NCBI GenBank assembly: GCA_051439605.1
Contig: JBFRWN010000041.1
Span: 1-13,440 of the forward strand
DNA length: 13,440 bases
Direction of reading: 5' to 3'
Source of the DNA: Synechococcus sp.
GTDB lineage: Bacteria > Cyanobacteriota > Cyanobacteriia > Thermostichales > PCC-7336
A program made the translations under genes and the position numbers. The notes under the pieces were generated by a model, which was not told the DNA's origin, did not search any database, and saw nothing but the letters and a program-made list of their open reading frames with translations. Shown one piece after another: positions 1 through 7,679 of this stretch. Every line of letters begins with the position of its first letter. Position 1 is the first letter of the stretch.

Positions 1-155
1 CCGACAATACCTTTCAACATGGTGGACTTGCCTGCGCCGTTCGGCCCGACAATGGCAGTCAAGCTACCTTCAGAGATTTCGGTCTGAAGTTGAATCACGG
101 CCGGATTCCGATCGTAGCCAAGCGTGAGGTTTTGGAAAGCGAGGGCGTGGGTCAT
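1..155 (-). CDS. Metal (Zn/Mn-type, ZnuC/AztA-like) ABC transporter ATP-binding protein, 5' part; runs off the window edge
   Basis: Not in the ORF track. Manual translation from ATG at 155: MTHALAFQNLTLGYDRNPAVIQLQTEISEGSLTAIVGPNGAGKSTMLKGIV. Has Walker A GPNGAGKST and the typical 'NLTLGY..PAV' N-terminus; lies downstream of zur. Confidence 0.88.
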   Translation of the reverse strand, partial: MTHALAFQNLTLGYDRNPAVIQLQTEISEGSLTAIVGPNGAGKSTMLKGIV

Positions 156-286
156 CGTCCCCCCGGCATGGAGGTTGCCCAGTAAAACCCAGCCCAGAGT
201 GCCGCGACAACCAGTGACGCAGCGGCCAGCCGGTGGCCAGCCCCAAGCATAAGAAGCCTCAGGCTTTGTTTGCGACGCGCATTCAT
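152..286 (-). CDS. 44-aa small single-pass membrane protein between zur and the ABC ATPase
   Basis: Manual translation MNARRKQSLRLLMLGAGHRLAAASLVVAALWAGFYWATSMPGGR*. Its ATG overlaps the zur stop (ATGA, 286-283) and its TGA overlaps the ATPase start (ATGA, 155-152). Basic N-terminus followed by one hydrophobic helix. Confidence 0.75.
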   Translation of the reverse strand: MNARRKQSLRLLMLGAGHRLAAASLVVAALWAGFYWATSMPGGR

Positions 287-684
287 GCCGGGATATCTCC
301 CGTTCCACATGAGGAGCAAAGGCCGTGGAGTGCGATGACGTGGCGCGTCGACGTGAATCCGGATTGCCCGGCAACGCGGGAAAGCTCCTCGAACAAGTTA
401 GGTGCAAAGCTTTCCTCAACCGTGCCACACTCGTCGCAGATTGCAAAGATCGACGCATGTTGGCACTCTTTATACTGGCAGGCAATGAAGGCTTTCAGCG
501 ATTCAAGACGATGAACCAGCCCTCGTCCAGCCAACACCTCTAGCGCTCTGTAAACCGTTGGCGGCGCGATTTTCGGACTGACCTGACGCAACTCCCCGAT
601 CACGTCATAGGCGGACAGCGGACCACTATGACCACGCAGAACCGCCAACACCTGCGATTGTGTTTCGAGTGCTCGCTTGCTCAT
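283..684 (-). CDS. zur: Fur-family zinc uptake regulator Zur, proteobacterial type (133 aa from ATG 684)
   Basis: SAYD...PPTVYRAL HTH; two CxxC pairs (CDEC, CSSC); residues equivalent to the E. coli Zur regulatory site in HRLES, FIAC, HASIF and VEE. A GAGGT Shine-Dalgarno upstream of ATG 684 favours this start over 717. Heads a metal ABC operon. Confidence 0.85.
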   Translation of the reverse strand: MSKRALETQSQVLAVLRGHSGPLSAYDVIGELRQVSPKIAPPTVYRALEVLAGRGLVHRLESLKAFIACQYKECQHASIFAICDECGTVEESFAPNLFEELSRVAGQSGFTSTRHVIALHGLCSSCGTGDIPA

Positions 685-722
685 ATTTACCTCGTCATTC
701 GAGCAATGAACAGTCACATTTT

Positions 723-737
723 TGTTACTTTATAATA
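723..737. promoter_or_regulatory. Putative proteobacterial-type Zur box upstream of zur
   Basis: TGTTACTTTATAATA has 3 mismatches to TGTTATA-N-TATAACA. It sits in an AT-rich patch 38 nt upstream of the zur start. Confidence 0.55.
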
Positions 738-789
738 TATTTTCAACCTGTCAATCGCCAAGTGTTCGTTGTCAATTGAAGATAAGCTC

Positions 790-1035
790 GGTGGAACTGC
801 AAGAACGGGGCTTTCGGGTAGAAGGCGATGCTAGTGGAGATCGCCTAGGTAAGCAAATTCGCACAGCTGAGTTAGCGAAAAACCCAGTGACTGCGGTTGT
901 GGGCAAGCGAGAAGTCGAGCAGCAATCCCTGAGCCTGCGATAGCGTCAATCTGGAGATTTATTTGGGCGTGCTTATCCTTGATAAAGTTACAGGAAACAG
1001 TACAAGCCGCCATTACTCACAAATCAACCTTCTGA
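790..1035 (+). pseudogene. thrS: 3' remnant of threonyl-tRNA synthetase (anticodon-binding domain)
   Basis: [56 protein letters not shown] fits the ThrRS C-terminal pattern. In-frame TAG at 941-943, then after frameshifting KLQETVQAAITHKSTF* ends at 1035. No catalytic domain upstream. Confidence 0.78.
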
Positions 1036-1105
1036 ACTACCTCTGTGCTGACGTTAATGCCAATTTGCCTGGGGGCTGGCTAAGTCTTGATATAGTCTCG
1101 GAACA

Positions 1106-2026
1106 ATGTTTATGGCGTCCAAAATGGTAGAGCCCACGATCTCTCTGACCTCCATCAGCGCTCAACGCCAGTTCTATAACTGGCTCTACCAAGGGCAGTC
1201 GCTCAGCATTGCCTATGAAATCTTTGGGCAGGGCTCTCCGGTGTTATTACTGCCCGCCTTCAGCACCGTTTCCAGCCGCACCGAACTAGCAGGCATTGCC
1301 CAGATTCTGTCCCCTCATTTTCAAGTGATTGCTCTGGATTGGTTAGGGTTTGGGGAGTCCGATCGCCCCCGAATCCAATATGACCGCTCGCTCTACCAGC
1401 AGTTACTTCAGGATTTTGTTCATGATTGCTGCCCCCACCCTCTGGCCATCGTCGCTGCTGGCCATGCAGCAGGGTACGCCATTCAACTAGCCCAACGCCA
1501 GCCCAGCCTTTGCTCTAAGCTGCTGCTCGTTGCCCCCACCTGGAAAGGCCCATTCCGAGCGATGGGGGCACCGATTCTTGTGGCAAGCGGAGCTAGAAAC
1601 TTGGTGCGATCGCCCCTTTTAGGGCAAGCACTCTACGCGCTTAACACTCACCCCGCGTTTTTGAAGTGGATGTATCAGCGGCATGTATATGTCGATCGAG
1701 ACAAACTAACGCCAGACTTTATAACCAACAAACATCAAATCACTCAGAAACCTGGTGCCAGGTTTGCCCCCGCCGCCTTTGTCACGGCCGGTTTAGATCC
1801 AATGAGAGATCGGGAGGAATGGCTGAGTGTGGGACGATCGCTTACCTTGCCCGTACAGGCGATCGTCCCGGAGCAAGCTCCCCCAAAATCCAAAGCGGAG
1901 ATGGAAGCCCTGACAGCACTGCCCCAAATTCAAGAACAGCGCGTCTCCGGTACCTTGGGGGTATATGAAGAATACGCAGTTGACGTGGGTCATATAGCTC
2001 TGGAGTTTTTCCAAAACAAAGAATAG
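1106..2026 (+). CDS. Alpha/beta hydrolase fold protein
   Basis: G.GSPVLLLPAF, VIALDWLGFGESDRP and LLLVAP motifs. The nucleophile elbow reads AAGHAAG. Start could be 1106, 1112 or 1124. Confidence 0.88.
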   Translation: MFMASKMVEPTISLTSISAQRQFYNWLYQGQSLSIAYEIFGQGSPVLLLPAFSTVSSRTELAGIAQILSPHFQVIALDWLGFGESDRPRIQYDRSLYQQLLQDFVHDCCPHPLAIVAAGHAAGYAIQLAQRQPSLCSKLLLVAPTWKGPFRAMGAPILVASGARNLVRSPLLGQALYALNTHPAFLKWMYQRHVYVDRDKLTPDFITNKHQITQKPGARFAPAAFVTAGLDPMRDREEWLSVGRSLTLPVQAIVPEQAPPKSKAEMEALTALPQIQEQRVSGTLGVYEEYAVDVGHIALEFFQNKE

Positions 2027-2130
2027 GCTGCTACGGATTTTGGTAACGGTAGCGCTTTTTGGTGTGAGCGCATCGGAATGAAAATGCCCGCAACCTAGCA
2101 AAGGGTTACCTCAACCCATTAGGTCCGATG

Positions 2131-2153
2131 TAATAATGATTATCATTCTCATT
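2131..2153. promoter_or_regulatory. Cyanobacterial-type Zur box (two overlapping 7-1-7 units) upstream of the COG0523 gene
   Basis: TAATAATGATTATCA (2131-2145) has one mismatch to TGATAAT-N-ATTATCA and overlaps TGATTATCATTCTCA (2137-2151). Ends 22 nt before ATG 2176. Confidence 0.82.
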
Positions 2154-2175
2154 CGCCAACCTCCAGGAGTTGCTT

Positions 2176-3165
2176 ATGATTGCCGCCATCAATCCCACCG
2201 ACAATCGCACAACGGTGCCTGTGACCGTGCTTACAGGCTACCTGGGAGCCGGGAAAACGACGCTATTGAATCGCATCCTGACCTACGAACATGGCAAGAA
2301 GGTGGCAGTCATTGTGAATGAATTTGGCGAAGTGGGTATCGACAATCAGTTGGTGGTGGATGCGGATGAAGAAATTTTTGAGATGAACAACGGCTGCATC
2401 TGTTGCACGGTGAGAGGCGACCTGATTCGCATCATTGGCAACTTAATGAAGCGGCGCGACAAGTTCGATCATCTAGTGATTGAAACGACAGGGTTGGCAG
2501 ACCCAGCTCCAGTGATTCAGACCTTCTTTATGGATGACGAAGTACAGGCGAAAGCTCAGTTGGATGCGGTGGTGACTGTGGTAGATGCCCGTCACATTTG
2601 GCAACACTGGGAAGCGGAAGAAGCAGTGGAACAAATTGCCTTTGCCGATGTGATTTTGCTGAATAAGGTTGACCTAGTGACGGAGGAAGAGCTAGCTCAA
2701 CTGGAGCAGCGGATTCGAGGGATGAATGCGATCGCCAAAATTCACCGCACCCGCGACGCACAAATCGAGATGGATGCCCTGTTGGGGGTTAACGCTTTTG
2801 ACTTGAATAACGCACTGAAAATTGACCCAGAGTTTCTCAACGAAACAGCGCACGAGCATGACGAAACCGTGGGGTCTGTGGCCCTGGTCGAGTCGGGGAA
2901 ACTGGATGGCGAGAAGCTCAACGCTTGGCTCAGCCAACTCCTACGCGATCGAGGTCCAAACATTTTTCGGATGAAGGGCATCCTCAACATTTCCGGAGAA
3001 GACCACCGCTTCGTTTTTCAGGGGGTACACATGCTGTTTGACGGTCGTCAAGATCGGCCCTGGAAACCGGACGAGCCCCGCAAGAATGAACTGGTCTTCA
3101 TTGGCCGCGATCTAGAGCAAATGAACCTGGCGGAGAGCTTTCGGGCTTGTTTGGTGAGCCAGTGA
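2176..3165 (+). CDS. COG0523/CobW-family (G3E) P-loop GTPase, putative zinc metallochaperone
   Basis: GYLGAGKTT Walker A, VNEFGE, GCICC metal motif, IETTGLA Walker B, NKVD G4, CobW_C domain (RMKG...QGVH...LVFIGR). AGGAG at 2165-2169 supports ATG 2176. Confidence 0.95.
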   Translation: MIAAINPTDNRTTVPVTVLTGYLGAGKTTLLNRILTYEHGKKVAVIVNEFGEVGIDNQLVVDADEEIFEMNNGCICCTVRGDLIRIIGNLMKRRDKFDHLVIETTGLADPAPVIQTFFMDDEVQAKAQLDAVVTVVDARHIWQHWEAEEAVEQIAFADVILLNKVDLVTEEELAQLEQRIRGMNAIAKIHRTRDAQIEMDALLGVNAFDLNNALKIDPEFLNETAHEHDETVGSVALVESGKLDGEKLNAWLSQLLRDRGPNIFRMKGILNISGEDHRFVFQGVHMLFDGRQDRPWKPDEPRKNELVFIGRDLEQMNLAESFRACLVSQ

Positions 3166-3261
3166 TGCAATTTTGGATTTTAGATAGGTCCCGTATGGTG
3201 CTTTAGAGCGATACCTAACCCACCAACAATCCTGGGGGTAGAAAACTTGTGATTACTGCCC

Positions 3262-4338
3262 ATGCCCAAATCTAATAGACAGAAACTATTCAAACGCCTG
3301 TGGCAAACGACATTATCGGATTACGTGACAGCGATCGCCTGGTCACCTGACGGAGCATGGCTATTTGCCAGTTCCGCCGCAGGAGAAGTGGTGCGGCACA
3401 ACAAGAAGACGGGTGAAATGACTGCGTTGCAGGAGGCGCAGGGCGAATCAGTGGATGCATTGGCGATATCTGCCAATGGTGCTTTTCTGGCGGCAGGGGG
3501 ACAGTCGGGAACAGTGTGGATCTGGCAACTGGATGGCAGTACACCCATCTTGTTGACGACCCTGGAGCATGCCCGTGCTTGGATCGATCGCCTGCAATGG
3601 AATCCCCAACACCCTGAACTCGCCTTCAACCTTGGGCGCTATTGCCAGCTGTGGGACGCTTCCACCCAATCCGTTATCACCACCCTAAACTTCGAGTTCT
3701 CGTCGGTGCTCGATCTAGCATGGCATCCGCAGGGCAATCACCTCTCCCTCAGCGGCAATCAGAGCATCCAAACCTGGCAGCGACGTGACTGGGACGATGA
3801 CCCAACCGTGCGAGAGATTGGAGGTGCCAGTGGAGCGATCGCCTGGTCACCCAATGGCGCCTATCTTGCCTCTGGCTGTAACGATCGCTCCACCGTGGTT
3901 TGGGAGGAGGATAATCCCTACCCCTGGCGCATGCAGGGCTTTCCGGGTAAAGTCCGGCAGCTTGCTTGGTCAACGCCCCAAAAAGCTGTTGATGCGCCCC
4001 CCTTCTTAGCTTCTATCAGTGGCGAAGACGTTATCGTCTGGACAAAAGACCGCGATCCGTCAGTCGGCTGGAATCCTCAGGTACTGGACTTGCATCAGGG
4101 AATGGTCAGAGCAATCGCTTTTCAGCCCCAGTCACCCCTTCTTGCCTCCGCTGCCGAAGATGGCTGGCTTTGCCTCTGGCACCAACAAGCTAGTCGCCTC
4201 ACCCAAGTCCTTGAAGGTGCAGCCGCCGGATTCTCTTGTCTCGCTTGGACCCCTTCAGGAGGGGCGATTGCCGCTGGTGGTATCCAAGGGGAGGTACTGG
4301 TGTGGAGGGAAACCACCCAAGGGAAAGGATTTGGCTGA
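3262..4338 (+). CDS. WD40-repeat beta-propeller protein
   Basis: Repeated AIAWSPDG / ALAISANG / LAWHPQG / AIAWSPNG / AIAFQP / LAWTPSG units with ASG..DG...W signatures. Co-oriented downstream of the COG0523 gene. Confidence 0.92.
   Translation: MPKSNRQKLFKRLWQTTLSDYVTAIAWSPDGAWLFASSAAGEVVRHNKKTGEMTALQEAQGESVDALAISANGAFLAAGGQSGTVWIWQLDGSTPILLTTLEHARAWIDRLQWNPQHPELAFNLGRYCQLWDASTQSVITTLNFEFSSVLDLAWHPQGNHLSLSGNQSIQTWQRRDWDDDPTVREIGGASGAIAWSPNGAYLASGCNDRSTVVWEEDNPYPWRMQGFPGKVRQLAWSTPQKAVDAPPFLASISGEDVIVWTKDRDPSVGWNPQVLDLHQGMVRAIAFQPQSPLLASAAEDGWLCLWHQQASRLTQVLEGAAAGFSCLAWTPSGGAIAAGGIQGEVLVWRETTQGKGFG
4146..4260 (+). repeat. Direct repeat copy 1 (inside the WD40 gene); copy 2 at 9646-9757
   Basis: Begins with 36 identical nt CTCCGCTGCCGAAGATGGCTGGCTTTGCCTCTGGCA. 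Manual alignment gives 8 mismatches and one 3-nt gap over 112 nt. Confidence 0.95.
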
Positions 4339-4488
4339 CTCCAAATAAAAAAAGATGGAGTATGAGTGAATCATCACTTCGTAGGAAGCTTTGTGAGATT
4401 ATGGCCGGAAATGATCGATAAAAAGCAGATCACTTTAGTCCATGCGCGCTTATGAACTGAAACTAGCAGAATTACTGTTACAGGCTAT

Positions 4489-5595
4489 TCAAGCCTGCAT
4501 CTCCTGCAAATAACAGTGGCAGTCAGGCTTCTCTATTAAGGAAGCCGCCAGCCGATTCAACACCACAGCTGCCATTAACCCGCCGCCAACGGCTCCTTCA
4601 GTGGTGATGTAGGGTACCTTGAGCTGCATCAATTGTCGCTTGGCAGCAGGAGCATGGCTAAATCCAATAGGTAGACCAATCACTAGGGCTGGCTTTAACT
4701 GCTGAGTTGCAATGGCCTTGCAAAGTTCTATCAGTACCGAAGGGGCATAGCCGACAACCCAGATGTTATCGTCTCCCAAATCTTGCAGTTGTCTCTTCCA
4801 GTGGGTATCTTGCCAGAAAGCCTGCTCTGCATCGGCAGCACTATTTACATGGGGATCGTCCATCAGCGTATGCCAGTTGCACCCCAGATGGGCGAGACGC
4901 ACCTGATCCAGACTGGTTACCACAGCAGGAATATCCCCAATCACCGTGCAACCAGCAGATAAAGACTCGCGGGCCGCTTTAATAGCGTCTGAGCTAAACC
5001 GAACAAAGGCAGCCAACGCCACATCACCACAGGTCAAAACCAGGTGAGACAGCACATCGGCTTCAATTTCCGGACGCCGAGAGAGATCCGGTAACAACTG
5101 TTGCAGAGATTCCTGAAAATTATCGGGATGATGGGCGGCCGCCGCATCCAGATGTTGCCAGAGTTCATCCGCCAGGGCTTGGGCCGTTTGCGCATCCACA
5201 TCTAATAGTCGTAAATGGGCCAGAGCCTCCGCCTGCACCAACTGGCAAGACTGGTCCCGCCCAATCACCCCCTCAAGGGCAATGGCCGTCTGGCGCAACC
5301 GGGTCAAGCGCTGTAAGACGGCCTGGTACTGCTGCTGCAGTTGCTCAACCAGCGTCTCAGTTGGTGGTACTGCTGGCTGAGCTTCCAGCATCTGCTTAAT
5401 GTGGGCCAATTGAAATCCCTGTTGTTTCAACGCCACAATCCTGTTTAGCCGTTGCACATCGGCTTCTGTATAGAGTCGGTAGTTGCTCTCGGAACGCCTG
5501 GGTTGAGGCAACAACCCAATCTGATGGTAGTGCCGCACCATGCGGGGGGTGGTGCCGTGGCCGACGGCTTGAGTGAGGTCTTTTATCGTGAGCAT
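4489..5595 (-). CDS. coaR: Cobalt-responsive MerR-family regulator fused to a precorrin isomerase (CobH/CbiC-like) domain, CoaR/CorR
   Basis: N-terminal MerR HTH (TPRMVRHYHQIGLL...NYRLY); CobH-like VVGYAPS...PALVIGLPIGF...AK...GG; C-terminal Cys-His-Cys (KPDCHC) as in Synechocystis CoaR; divergent from a P1B ATPase. Confidence 0.92.
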   Translation of the reverse strand: MLTIKDLTQAVGHGTTPRMVRHYHQIGLLPQPRRSESNYRLYTEADVQRLNRIVALKQQGFQLAHIKQMLEAQPAVPPTETLVEQLQQQYQAVLQRLTRLRQTAIALEGVIGRDQSCQLVQAEALAHLRLLDVDAQTAQALADELWQHLDAAAAHHPDNFQESLQQLLPDLSRRPEIEADVLSHLVLTCGDVALAAFVRFSSDAIKAARESLSAGCTVIGDIPAVVTSLDQVRLAHLGCNWHTLMDDPHVNSAADAEQAFWQDTHWKRQLQDLGDDNIWVVGYAPSVLIELCKAIATQQLKPALVIGLPIGFSHAPAAKRQLMQLKVPYITTEGAVGGGLMAAVVLNRLAASLIEKPDCHCYLQEMQA

Positions 5596-5599
5596 GTCC

Positions 5600-5631
5600 T
5601 TGACATTAACATCAATGTCAACCTTTACGCT
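5600..5631 (+). promoter_or_regulatory. MerR-type coaT promoter/operator
   Basis: -35 TTGACA (5600-5605), 20-bp spacer, -10 TACGCT (5626-5631). A perfect 8-6-8 dyad TTGACATT-aacatc-AATGTCAA (5600-5621) overlaps the -35. The long spacer is the MerR-activation hallmark. Confidence 0.88.
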
Positions 5632-5661
5632 AAGGGCGCTCTAAAATGCTGGATTCGATAG

Positions 5662-7593
5662 ATGACCTTGACAATGAGGGTGCGAAAGCGAGTGTTTTAC
5701 TGGGGGTATATCTATCCAGAGGTGATAGCAGTGATGCTGTGCGCCGGGTTGACATTGCTGGGAGGGTTGGCACTGCAGGAAAGTTGGGTGGGACTGGGGA
5801 GTGCGCTATTGTTGGCCGGGTATGCGATCGGGGGCTACGAGAGTGCCCGCGAGGGGCTGACCACCCTATGGCAAGAGCATGAACTAGATGTGGACCTGCT
5901 GATGATTATCGCGGCGGTGGGGGCAGCAGTACTGGGGCTATGGCAGCGGCAGTATTACCTGTTGGTGGATGGGGCGGTACTAATCTTGATTTTCGCTTTT
6001 AGTGGTGCTTTAGAAACCATTGCCATGCATCGCACCGAACGAAATATTCGCAGTTTGATGCAGCTGACGCCAGATACGGCGCGGCGATTGCTGCCAGGGC
6101 AGGAACAGGTGGTGGCAACTCAGGATTTGCAGGTGGGAGATCGTATTCTTGTGAAACCCGGGGAACTCATTCCCATCGACGGGCTAATTCGGACGGGCCA
6201 CAGCACCATTAACCAGGCCCCGATTACGGGAGAGTCGATTCCTGTAGAAAAGTCCCTGGGAGATGAAGTGTTTGCCGGTACTATCAACGGTAGCGGTGCA
6301 CTTACGGTGGAATTACACAAACCGCCGGAAAGCAGCCTGATTCAGCGAGTAATTCGGCTGGTGGAACAGGCTAAAACCAGCCAGCCCCCTTCCCAGCAAT
6401 TGTTGGAAAGATTTGAGCGGGGATATGCCCGATTGATCGTAGTATCAGGGCTGGTCCTGGCTCTGGTGCCACCCCTGCTCCTGGGCTGGAGTTGGGAAGT
6501 GACGATTTACCGGGCGCTGATTTTTCTGGTAGTGGCCTCTCCCTGTGCCCTGATGGCGTCGATCATGCCGACCTTGCTATCGGGCATTGCCCGGGGGGCA
6601 CGACAGGGGATTTTGTTCAAAGACGGAGCCCAGCTAGAAACCATCGGTCGGGTAAAGGCGATTGCCTTTGATAAAACTGGAACCCTCACAACCGGGATTC
6701 TGCAAGTGAGCGACCTGGTGGCGGCATCCGCTTTTCAGTCTGAACAGGTGTTGCAAATCATTGCTTCTCTGGAAGTCTATTCAGAGCATCCTATTGCCCA
6801 GGCCATTGTGCAAACGGCGAAGAACCGGAACATTCCTTTATTACCCATGGATGCTGTTCAGGCTGACGTGGGTCAGGGAATCGTGGGGGTTCTGAAGGGC
6901 GTTCCCACGCGCGCTGGCAAGCTTGCTTATGTCTCGGCTGATCTGGCTGACTCGATTGATGCTTCTCTATTCCAGGTCGGACAACAGTTCGAAAGTGAGG
7001 GGAAAACGATCGTCTGGGTCGTCCAGCACCAGCAGATCATCGGGCTATTGGCGGTAGCCGATCAGGTTCGCCCCCAGGCTGCGGGCTTATTGAGCACATT
7101 AAAACAAATGGGTATTCCAGCGACTGTCATGCTCACTGGGGATAATACGGTCACCGCGCAGACTGTTGCCCAAAGCATCGGCATCAATGAGGTTTACTCA
7201 GACTTATTGCCGGAGGACAAAGTCACCGCCATTCAGCACCTCCAGGATAAGTACCACACGGTAGCGATGGTGGGAGACGGCATCAACGATGCCCCTGCCC
7301 TGGCTCAGGCGTCGGTCGGCATTGCCATGGGTGGGGCTGGGTCAGATGTGGCGTTAGAAACTGCTGACATTGTGCTGATGGCAGATCGTCTGGACAAGCT
7401 GGATCAGGCCATTCGCATCGGCAAAAAATCACAACGCATTATTAAGCAAAACATCACCCTGGCGCTGACCTCAATTGCCCTGTTGATGGTAGCTAATTTT
7501 TTGGGAGAACTTACTCTACCGGCTGGAGTGCTGGGCCATGAAGGCTCAACGCTGCTGGTAACGCTGAATGGATTGCGGTTACTCAGGGCATAG
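5662..7593 (+). CDS. coaT: Cobalt-exporting P1B-4 type ATPase CoaT/CorT
   Basis: TGES, SPC in the transmembrane metal site (VVASPCAL), DKTGT phosphorylation site, SEHP, TGDN, GDGINDAP, HEGST. No N-terminal metal-binding domain. Divergent from coaR. Confidence 0.92.
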   Translation: MTLTMRVRKRVFYWGYIYPEVIAVMLCAGLTLLGGLALQESWVGLGSALLLAGYAIGGYESAREGLTTLWQEHELDVDLLMIIAAVGAAVLGLWQRQYYLLVDGAVLILIFAFSGALETIAMHRTERNIRSLMQLTPDTARRLLPGQEQVVATQDLQVGDRILVKPGELIPIDGLIRTGHSTINQAPITGESIPVEKSLGDEVFAGTINGSGALTVELHKPPESSLIQRVIRLVEQAKTSQPPSQQLLERFERGYARLIVVSGLVLALVPPLLLGWSWEVTIYRALIFLVVASPCALMASIMPTLLSGIARGARQGILFKDGAQLETIGRVKAIAFDKTGTLTTGILQVSDLVAASAFQSEQVLQIIASLEVYSEHPIAQAIVQTAKNRNIPLLPMDAVQADVGQGIVGVLKGVPTRAGKLAYVSADLADSIDASLFQVGQQFESEGKTIVWVVQHQQIIGLLAVADQVRPQAAGLLSTLKQMGIPATVMLTGDNTVTAQTVAQSIGINEVYSDLLPEDKVTAIQHLQDKYHTVAMVGDGINDAPALAQASVGIAMGGAGSDVALETADIVLMADRLDKLDQAIRIGKKSQRIIKQNITLALTSIALLMVANFLGELTLPAGVLGHEGSTLLVTLNGLRLLRA

Positions 7594-7679
7594 GTTCCGC
7601 ACATCCAGAACTCACTCAACTGAAGTTATTAGTTGTAGTCCGTATGCCGGTTTTCTGGAGACACATCCCGAATTTGGTC

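Noticed and set aside
749..781. Two TGTCAAT words (TTGACA on the minus strand) as zur -35 elements, or TGTTCGTTGTCAATTGAAG as an IS21-like end
   Set aside because: Neither has a credible -10 at 17 bp, and I found no partner inverted repeat or transposase to support an IS end.
722..943. 73-aa ORF as an intact gene
   Set aside because: Its N-terminus is translated AT-rich promoter DNA fused to the thrS remnant; similarity continues past the stop codon.
3330..3851. 18-nt direct repeat AGCGATCGCCTGGTCACC at 3330 and 3834
   Set aside because: Explained by two WD40 blades both encoding AIAWSP and containing a HIP1 site.
4489..5200. Precorrin isomerase (cobH/cbiC) as a B12 biosynthesis gene
   Set aside because: It is the sensory domain of the MerR fusion CoaR; no other cob genes are in the window.
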